Assembly (NCBI RefSeq): GCF_007483685.1
Contig: NZ_VMKN01000003.1
Location: 52,639-84,638 of the forward strand
DNA: 32,000 bases
Source: Litoribacter populi
Lineage (GTDB): Bacteria > Bacteroidota > Bacteroidia > Cytophagales > Cyclobacteriaceae
Reading direction: 5' to 3'
Numbering within the stretch: the stretch's first letter is position 1; each line of letters starts with the position of its first letter. The position numbers and the translations under genes were made by a program. Positions 15,868 to 22,700 of the stretch are shown here, one piece after another. Under the pieces are notes generated by a model that saw only the letters and a list, made by a program, of their open reading frames with translations, was not told the DNA's origin and ran no database searches.

Positions 15868-16800
15868 ATGGAATATTACAATAAAGTCATCGAATCCGTT
15901 GGGGTCAGGTTTATCAAAGGAAATAATTTCAAAGTTGAAAGACCTGTAACCGTAACTGATTTTACAGATACAGAGAACACAGTTGTCCTTTTGCACCAAG
16001 GCTCGGTGAGATTTGGCGACGATCAAGAGGCAGTTAACGAGGGAGAAATATTATTCATTCCTGCTAGCAGAACTTCCAAAGTGTCTTTTGGTACCGTTAC
16101 CAAAAAGAACGAAGTTAACAATGAAGGCTTCAACGAAAACAAGAAGAAATTCCTTCAAACCATCAGTTTCAAAGAAATCAAAAATGCGGAAGACGACTGC
16201 ATTACCATGTTGACCTTTGAAGCCAAGGTTTTTGATGTAGTTAATTTCTTCCATTCCTTGGGTATTCCTCCTTTTGTAATACGATTCAATGACCGAATTG
16301 CCTCTATCATTGAAGATATCATCAAGGAGTCTGAAGCCACTACTCCAGGTAAGGAAAGAGTAATCAAAATCCACACAGAGCTTTTAGTTGTAGAAGTCGT
16401 AAGACACATCTTGAAAAACAGATTGTTCGTGGAAGAGCTTTCCACAAACAGTACCTACTTCAAAGATCCTCGTTTGATCGACATGTTCAACTACATCAAG
16501 AAGAACATCGGTGGGGATCTTTCCAACAAAGTATTGGCTAGAGTTGCCAACGTTTCAGAGGATTATGTAGGCCAGTATTTCAAAATGTTGACTGGCATCA
16601 ACCCTCAGGATTACATTGAATACCAGAGAATGGAAGCCGCTGTGGATCTTTTGAGAACCACTAAGAAAAGCATCCGTGATATCGGAAAAGATGTAGGGTA
16701 CAAGGACACCGCTTACTTCTGTAGAAGATTTAAGATGATGTACGGTTTGCCAGCAGGTAAAATGAGAAGAAGAGAATCCCTAATTAACGTTCAGGGATAA
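15868..16800 (+). CDS. AraC family transcriptional regulator
   Basis: 310 aa. C-terminal double HTH (LARVANVSEDYVGQYFKMLTGINPQDYIEYQRMEAAVDLL...IRDIGKDVGYKDTAYFCRRFKMMYGLPAGKMRR). The N-terminal domain is cupin-like with a Lys/Asn-rich insertion. Confidence 0.9.
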   Translation: MEYYNKVIESVGVRFIKGNNFKVERPVTVTDFTDTENTVVLLHQGSVRFGDDQEAVNEGEILFIPASRTSKVSFGTVTKKNEVNNEGFNENKKKFLQTISFKEIKNAEDDCITMLTFEAKVFDVVNFFHSLGIPPFVIRFNDRIASIIEDIIKESEATTPGKERVIKIHTELLVVEVVRHILKNRLFVEELSTNSTYFKDPRLIDMFNYIKKNIGGDLSNKVLARVANVSEDYVGQYFKMLTGINPQDYIEYQRMEAAVDLLRTTKKSIRDIGKDVGYKDTAYFCRRFKMMYGLPAGKMRRRESLINVQG

Positions 16801-17553
16801 ATTATAGACATTCGCATATTCCAAAACCTCAATCAATAGATTGGGGTTTTTTTCTACCCCATTGCCTAGAACCACAACATCGGCACCTGCCATCCAGGCA
16901 GCCTTTGCGCTCTCCACAGACCTTATTCCTCCTCCTACTATCATTGGCAATCGCGTGGCCTTCTTGACACTGGTAATGACCTGAGGATCGACGGGGGCGT
17001 TTGCTCCACTTCCTGCTTCAAGATAAACATACTGCATTCCCATGTATTTCCCCGCCAAAGCCGTTGCGACAGCTAAGTCAGGCTTGTTATTGGGAATCGG
17101 AAGGGTTTGGCTCACATAGTTCACACTAGTGATTTCACCGTTGTTTACAAGCATGTAGGCTGTTGGCAAAACTTCAAGATCGGTTTGGGCAATTAGCGGT
17201 GCTGCAGTAACCTGTTGTCCAATTAGAAATTCAGGATTTCTTCCTGAAATCAGCGATAAAAACAAAATACCATCCGCCTTGTCAGATACCTGGACCGCAT
17301 TCCCAGGGAAAAGTAATACGGGGATATTGGTTGCCAGTTCTTTAAGCTCCCTGATCAGCTCATCCACCCTATCGCGCATGAGTAGACTGCCGCCCACAAA
17401 GAAAAAGTCCACCTGATGATGGACTGCTTTTTTGATTAAGGATTGAAATTTAGACTTATCCCCAATTTTGTCCGGGTCGAGCAAAAGGGCCACGGCCTTC
17501 TTATTTTCTTCCCTAAGTCGGGTAAATCTTTTTTTAATGCTTTCTTGTGTCAT
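16780..17553 (-). CDS. Geranylgeranylglyceryl phosphate synthase family protein (GGGPS/PcrB homologue)
   Basis: About 257 aa from the ATG at 17553; the listed TTG at 17574 is less likely. TIM-barrel pattern LLDPDK..., FFFVGGSLL, YLEAGSGA and MIVGGGIRS...AGADVVVLGN matches PcrB/GGGPS. The 3' end overlaps the AraC 3' end by 21 nt. Confidence 0.85.
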   Translation of the reverse strand: MTQESIKKRFTRLREENKKAVALLLDPDKIGDKSKFQSLIKKAVHHQVDFFFVGGSLLMRDRVDELIRELKELATNIPVLLFPGNAVQVSDKADGILFLSLISGRNPEFLIGQQVTAAPLIAQTDLEVLPTAYMLVNNGEITSVNYVSQTLPIPNNKPDLAVATALAGKYMGMQYVYLEAGSGANAPVDPQVITSVKKATRLPMIVGGGIRSVESAKAAWMAGADVVVLGNGVEKNPNLLIEVLEYANVYNLSLNVN

Positions 17554-17929
17554 TTCTATGAACCTTCTCTGCAAGATCGGCCATAACTTTGGCTTTCACA
17601 AATTCAAAAGCCGCCATGAGTATTCTTTGCCCAACTGGTGCCCAGAAGGATGCTTTTGGAGCCGGTGCGGGATTGTAATAGTACCTATCTTCAGGCGCCG
17701 GGGAGCGTGATAGCATCCCTTCTTGCTCTAATCTTTTTACCGCATCCTCAATTTTCTTGCTTTTACGGCCTTGGATAGCTCTAACTATACCAAATGTAAC
17801 CAGCCCGCTGATCAATACGGTGCCCCCTAGTTTAACCCAAGTTTGGGAGTCGGACTTGATTACTTCAAATTGCTTGTGAAGAGTTTGTTCCAGCTCTTCT
17901 GCTTTTCTTTTAAGGTCGATATCACTCAT
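17534..17929 (-). CDS. Small membrane protein: N-terminal coiled-coil, one TM helix, Pro/Tyr-rich segment and amphipathic C-terminus; hypothetical.
   Basis: 131 aa from the ATG at 17929. That start overlaps the upstream stop as ATGAGTGA. TM WVKLGGTVLISGLVTFGIV. The stop overlaps the GGGPS start region by 20 nt. Confidence 0.65.
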   Translation of the reverse strand: MSDIDLKRKAEELEQTLHKQFEVIKSDSQTWVKLGGTVLISGLVTFGIVRAIQGRKSKKIEDAVKRLEQEGMLSRSPAPEDRYYYNPAPAPKASFWAPVGQRILMAAFEFVKAKVMADLAEKVHRNDTRKH

Positions 17930-18287
17930 CTGGATGCGTAGTGGTTTTGGTTTGAAATAGAAATACAAATTTGTTTACAACCCTCTTTACAGAGAATTGT
18001 ACTTTTTGGGAATCTTTGATTACAAACAGGATAATAAAGATCAAGATAAATATCCCGCCCACTGCAAGAAAACCCAAAGCTGTATTGGCAAATAATGCTC
18101 CAAAATAGAAGGCCAGCGATACGCTCAAAAAGAAAAGTATCAACAACCCTACAAAGCCCATTGCTGCCAACACTGCCACCCTGCTGATCAGGGTTGAAAA
18201 CTCCTCTTTCAGTTCTTCTTTGACAATCTGAAACCTTACCTCAAAAATATTCTTGATGGTATTGGTGATTTCGGAGAAATTCAGCAT
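17922..18287 (-). CDS. Holin-X / DUF1469 (E. coli YqjE-like) two-TM membrane protein
   Basis: 121 aa from the ATG at 18287; the listed TTG at 18362 would add an AT-rich, promoter-derived extension. An N-terminal amphipathic helix (NTIKNIFEVRFQIVKEELKEE) is followed by two long TM helices, the usual architecture of this family. Confidence 0.65.
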   Translation of the reverse strand: MLNFSEITNTIKNIFEVRFQIVKEELKEEFSTLISRVAVLAAMGFVGLLILFFLSVSLAFYFGALFANTALGFLAVGGIFILIFIILFVIKDSQKVQFSVKRVVNKFVFLFQTKTTTHPDE

Positions 18288-18378
18288 TTGCGAAAATTTT
18301 ATAGTTAAAAATAATAATATCCTCGAATTGGAAAATGAATATACAGCAAAAACCTTGCACAAAAAACCTAAAAAGCGC

Positions 18379-18969
18379 TTATGCTTCTTGGTTCTCTAAA
18401 TAATAACTATACATCATAACATGTTCTAGGGCTTTTCTAATAGCCGTATTAATCGAAAAGTGCTCTGATAACCTATCATCAAGGTCTGCCAGCAAAGAAT
18501 AATAAGTTGAAGCAGAGGGTGCGGGCAGATCCACGTTGATGGCTTTACTCAAAGCCTCAAATTGTGTGGGTTGTCCTTCCTTAATCACTTTACAGGTTAT
18601 CATTTCTTTCTTCCCATGTTTATCCCTTCGGACAGACGACCCAAATAATCTACAAATCATTCCTCTGTGCTTATAATCGGAACAGGAGCCTGAATTTGTC
18701 GCAAAGTTAGTCTGGTTAAACAGCAAGCAAAAATCTCCCTCCCCCATGGTTTCAAGCTTTCCCATTGCCTCATCTGCCTTTCCAGTACGGTAAAGATCAA
18801 AAGCCAATGGAAGAAACTCTAGTACAGAAGCTGAAACCTTAGGATTCATGCAACATTTACCGCAGCCGATCACACAGCTCAGGCCGCTTTTGGCGGCAAA
18901 CTTACTGGTATCTTCGGACAACAGGTCAAATACTCGGCTGACTTCCAGCGCCTTTTCACTTAAATTCAT
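18379..18969 (-). CDS. YkgJ/UPF0153-like cysteine-cluster (putative Fe-S or Zn) protein
   Basis: About 196 aa from the ATG at 18969; the listed GTG at 18990 is possible. Cys cluster SCVIGCGKCC near the N-terminus, plus later Cys residues (FCLLF, GSCSDY, MICRLFG, ITCK). Confidence 0.7.
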   Translation of the reverse strand: MNLSEKALEVSRVFDLLSEDTSKFAAKSGLSCVIGCGKCCMNPKVSASVLEFLPLAFDLYRTGKADEAMGKLETMGEGDFCLLFNQTNFATNSGSCSDYKHRGMICRLFGSSVRRDKHGKKEMITCKVIKEGQPTQFEALSKAINVDLPAPSASTYYSLLADLDDRLSEHFSINTAIRKALEHVMMYSYYLENQEA

Positions 18970-19179
18970 AGCGTGTCGTAAATTGGGCACGAAAGTACCA
19001 TTCGGTAATTGTAATTCCTATAACTGGCAAACATTTTGAACTGTTTATATTTGTCGGCGATAACTCGGCCTCGAACTTAGTTTTTTCAACTTATTGGATT
19101 AACTTTCGAGGCTTAAAACATCACTTTTAAGTTTGAACCACCGGTTAACACAGTTTTTTAAAAAAGTAAATCTGAAAAA

Positions 19180-19917
19180 ATGAGTGAAGAAGAAGTAGAA
19201 AAAGTCCTAAAGACTGAAGAGGAAAAAATTCGTAAAGCATTTGAGGAGAGAGATTGGAGCGAGATAAAAAGTGCGGACTCTTGGGCTATTTTCAAAGTAA
19301 TGTCCGAATTTGTAGAAGGATTTGAGAAACTTGCTAAAATAGGCCCCTGTGTTTCTGTATTCGGGTCCGCCCGCACGCCAAGGGAGCACCATTATTATAA
19401 AGTTGCGGAAGAAATTTCAGCTAAGCTGGTTCGCCATGGTTATGGTGTGATCACCGGCGGTGGCCCAGGTATCATGGAGGCCGGTAACAAAGGTGCCCAT
19501 TCCGAAAATGGAAAGTCGGTAGGGCTAAATATCCTGCTTCCTTTTGAGCAATTCAACAACATTTACATAGACCAAGATAAGCTGATCACATTTGACTATT
19601 TCTTTGTCAGAAAGGTTATGTTTGTGAAATATGCACAAGGATTTGTCGTTTTACCAGGAGGATTCGGCACCATGGACGAGCTTTTCGAAGCCCTCACCCT
19701 GATCCAAACCAAAAAGATCGGCAGATTCCCTATCGTCTTAGTAGGCAAGGAATATTGGTCAGGATTGGTAGACTGGCTCAAGACTACCATGCTAGAACAG
19801 GAAGCTAACATCAATGAGGAGGACTTGGATCTTTTCTCAGTGGTGGACAATGCGACTGAAGCCGTGAAAGTAATTGACGAATTCTACAGTAAATATTTAT
19901 TATCTCCCAACTTCTAA
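19180..19917 (+). CDS. LOG family protein (TIGR00730-type nucleotide 5'-monophosphate nucleosidase / lysine-decarboxylase-like)
   Basis: 245 aa. Motifs GGGPGIMEAGNKGA and PGGFGTMDELFEALTLIQT. Confidence 0.9.
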   Translation: MSEEEVEKVLKTEEEKIRKAFEERDWSEIKSADSWAIFKVMSEFVEGFEKLAKIGPCVSVFGSARTPREHHYYKVAEEISAKLVRHGYGVITGGGPGIMEAGNKGAHSENGKSVGLNILLPFEQFNNIYIDQDKLITFDYFFVRKVMFVKYAQGFVVLPGGFGTMDELFEALTLIQTKKIGRFPIVLVGKEYWSGLVDWLKTTMLEQEANINEEDLDLFSVVDNATEAVKVIDEFYSKYLLSPNF

Positions 19918-19923
19918 AATACC

Positions 19924-20865
19924 GTGAACAAGATTCACTTCTTCATTCTGTACGTCCTGATAATCGGCTTGGCCGGTTGGTTCTATTATTCTACCGCCAC
20001 TCAAGCAAATCCCGTCGGGGAAGTAATAATTAAGAATGAGGCAACTGGTCAGGAACAGAGGGTATCTGTTCCTGAATTTACCCGTGTAAAACTTTTTGAC
20101 ACTCCTCAAAACCTGACTTTCGCCGGTGAGGCGGTGCCATTAGACCAGCAGGATATTCTAGAGCGCTTGGAGAGGGAAATATATGTTAACGCCTACTGGA
20201 ACAGCAACACTATCCTGACCATGAAGCGTGCTGGCAAGTTTTTCCCGATTATCGAGCCAATTTTGGAAAAGCATAATATCCCTAATGACTTCAAATATGT
20301 GGCCTTGGTGGAATCCGGACTGATGAACGTGGTTTCCCCTGCGGGAGCAAGAGGCTTTTGGCAGTTTATGGAAAGTACTGGCAAAGAGCTTAACTTAGAA
20401 ATAAGCAATGAAGTGGATGAAAGGTATCACTTGGAAAAATCCACTGAAGCAGCGTGCCGATATTTAAAAAAGGCTTATGGAAGATTCGGCAACTGGACGA
20501 GTGTGGCAGCCAGCTACAATATGGGAATCACTGGTCTCAGCAAACGCAAGAATGAGCAATTGATGCCCAATTATTACAGCCTTTTACTCAATGAGGAAAC
20601 CAGCCGATACGTTTTCAGGATTTTAGCTTTCAAAGAACTTTTCGAAAATCCTGATATGTATGGTTACGAATTGCAAGAACAGCATTTCTACAAAATGCCC
20701 AAGTTGAGGGAAATTATGGTAGATGATTCCATCAATGACCTGGCTAAGTGGTCCGTGGAACAAAACAGCAGCTATAAAGATCTGAAGACCTACAATCCTT
20801 GGCTTAGAACCAATAAATTGTCGGTAAAAAAAGGCCGCCAATACACCATCAAGCTTCCAGCATAG
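19924..20865 (+). CDS. Membrane-anchored lytic transglycosylase (SLT domain)
   Basis: 313 aa, GTG start 6 nt after the LOG stop. N-terminal TM and SLT catalytic region YVALVESGLMNVVSPAGARGFWQFMESTG. Confidence 0.85.
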   Translation: MNKIHFFILYVLIIGLAGWFYYSTATQANPVGEVIIKNEATGQEQRVSVPEFTRVKLFDTPQNLTFAGEAVPLDQQDILERLEREIYVNAYWNSNTILTMKRAGKFFPIIEPILEKHNIPNDFKYVALVESGLMNVVSPAGARGFWQFMESTGKELNLEISNEVDERYHLEKSTEAACRYLKKAYGRFGNWTSVAASYNMGITGLSKRKNEQLMPNYYSLLLNEETSRYVFRILAFKELFENPDMYGYELQEQHFYKMPKLREIMVDDSINDLAKWSVEQNSSYKDLKTYNPWLRTNKLSVKKGRQYTIKLPA

Positions 20866-20915
20866 TAAACATTATCAGGAGTAAAATCATTTAATGTATA
20901 TACAGCTTCCTGATC

Positions 20916-22595
20916 ATGACCAAAAAGAAAAAGCTTGCTTATATACTTCTTTCGATTGCTATTTTTATCCTCCTTCTTGTATTGGTTATTCCCATTGGGA
21001 TTAACATCTACCTTAATGCAAATGCAGAAAAGATAGTAAGAAACATGATCACCAGAACCAACGATTTTGGTGGACATGAAGTGGATTTTGGACATATAAA
21101 GGTTAATTACAATTTTAGAGGGACTTTTTTAGAGCTGGGCGAAGTCACCATTAAACCTGGAGAAAGCATACCTGAAGACAAAATCAAATTTGACCTCACT
21201 GCTGAAAATGCCTATCTAACCGGTTTTTCTTGGTCAAGTTTTCTTTTCAACAATTCCATCTCTTTAGATTCCGCTTATTTGGAAAACCTGACGGTCACTA
21301 GTCGGACACCGCCAATGGATGAGTTAGAAATAACAGAAGAAGTTGAAGAAGAAGCCGAGCTGGGAAATAACTATGACAAAATTGCCATAGACAGAATCAG
21401 GTTTAACAGACTTTCATATTTTAACATTGACAGCGAAAATGATTCGGTCCGCATGAGCATTAAGGATCTCAGCTTTTCCGCTAATTTTTTCCAGCTCACC
21501 AAAGAAGATCTCAGAAGCAAGACTGCCCTATTCAGCGTAGACATGCTCGAAGGCTATATGGATGAGGCTTCCTATCATTTTAACGAGTACAGAAATGTAG
21601 TCTATGCACGTGACCTTTCCTTCAACACCCAGGACCAGAATCTCCTCATAGCCAGAGTGGAATTTGATAACAAGTTGGAACGTTATGAATACATCAACCA
21701 ATTTGATCAAGAAACCGACTGGATAGAATTGGAGCAAGGTGAAATCGATGTTAAGGGAATGGCGTTTCATGAATTTTTTGAGCAAGGCATTATTCACGCC
21801 GAAAAAGTCAAGGCTAATGAATTGGTCATTTCTGTTTTTAGGGACAAAAGGAAGCCAGAAAACACCATCGCAAGGCCCACTATGGTCCATAAGCTGATCA
21901 GGGAGATCCCAATTCCAATATCCATTCACCAGTTAGAGTTGCACAATGGTGAAGTTTCCTATGATGAGCGACCCGATAATGAGGCCCCACGGGCAGGCTC
22001 TGTCCATATCAACGATATAAATGCTACAATAAGCAACATCACCAACATAGAGGGGATGTTGTCTAGAAACAATAAAATGAATCTGATAGCAGAAGGAAAG
22101 CTAATGGGTGAAGGAGCAATAGACTTGGATGTGATTTTTCATTTGGAGGATACAAGTGGCCGCTTTGACATGAAAGGCACCATCGGAAGCATGCCCCTTC
22201 CTTCCATCAACGATATGCTTGGTCCAGGTACTCGGGTAGCAATTGATGAAGGTTGGCTCAACAATCTTGAGCTCAATATTGTGGCTAATGATTATGAAGG
22301 AACAGGCGAGGTGGTCATGCAATATCGTGACCTAAAAATCCAGATTTTAGACAGCGACTATGAGAAAAACCAGAACATTTTCCGTAGGGCGGGAGCTTTC
22401 TTGGCCAATACTTTTGTGGTGCGCAGCAACAATCCAGACAGTGGGGGCACACTGGTCAAGGGGGATGTCTATAAAAAACGGGACCAAACTAGTAGCATAT
22501 TTAACTACTGGTGGGAACTGCTGCTCAGCGGGATGATGTCCACCATGACTGGAGAAACAGAAGCAGAAATGCGGGAAGCGACTCGCGAAGATTAA
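20916..22595 (+). CDS. Large N-terminally membrane-anchored protein of unknown function (AsmA/DUF748-like is only a guess)
   Basis: 559 aa. A single N-terminal TM (LAYILLSIAIFILLLVLVIPIGI) followed by a long, beta-rich, predicted periplasmic region. I recognise no catalytic motif. Confidence 0.75.
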   Translation: MTKKKKLAYILLSIAIFILLLVLVIPIGINIYLNANAEKIVRNMITRTNDFGGHEVDFGHIKVNYNFRGTFLELGEVTIKPGESIPEDKIKFDLTAENAYLTGFSWSSFLFNNSISLDSAYLENLTVTSRTPPMDELEITEEVEEEAELGNNYDKIAIDRIRFNRLSYFNIDSENDSVRMSIKDLSFSANFFQLTKEDLRSKTALFSVDMLEGYMDEASYHFNEYRNVVYARDLSFNTQDQNLLIARVEFDNKLERYEYINQFDQETDWIELEQGEIDVKGMAFHEFFEQGIIHAEKVKANELVISVFRDKRKPENTIARPTMVHKLIREIPIPISIHQLELHNGEVSYDERPDNEAPRAGSVHINDINATISNITNIEGMLSRNNKMNLIAEGKLMGEGAIDLDVIFHLEDTSGRFDMKGTIGSMPLPSINDMLGPGTRVAIDEGWLNNLELNIVANDYEGTGEVVMQYRDLKIQILDSDYEKNQNIFRRAGAFLANTFVVRSNNPDSGGTLVKGDVYKKRDQTSSIFNYWWELLLSGMMSTMTGETEAEMREATRED

Positions 22596-22700
22596 GCACC
22601 CTAAAACTTATCCTCTGCTGAAATGGTTACTTTCAAGAATGATGGAACCATATTAAATCCATATTTTTGTAAAAATCGAGATAAAAGGTTACCTCCTTTC

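Noticed and set aside
17554-17574. Upstream alternative starts: TTG 17574 for GGGPS, TTG 18362 for the Holin-X-like gene, GTG 18990 for the YkgJ-like gene and the upstream listed start at 17968 for the coiled-coil protein.
   Set aside because: In each case an in-frame ATG slightly downstream gives a family-typical N-terminus, removes AT-rich promoter-derived residues and yields classic short overlaps. These calls remain provisional.
19068-19112. A hairpin (GCCTCGAA ... TTCGAGGC with inner AGTT/AACT) and a T6A6 palindrome (19164-19175) in the divergent region upstream of the LOG gene. I considered a riboswitch or sRNA.
   Set aside because: The stem is short with a 29-nt largely unpaired interior. 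I recognise no conserved riboswitch motif, and the only promoter element nearby (TATATTTG 19046-19053) lacks a -33 partner. The evidence is insufficient.
22623-22700. A 26-codon N-terminal extension of uvrA from the first listed ATG (MVTFKNDGTILNPYFCKNRDKRLPPF).
   Set aside because: UvrA proteins begin a few residues before the conserved I.I.GAREHNLKN motif. The ATG at 22701 gives that N-terminus and a typical ~948-aa length. The extension has no UvrA-like sequence.
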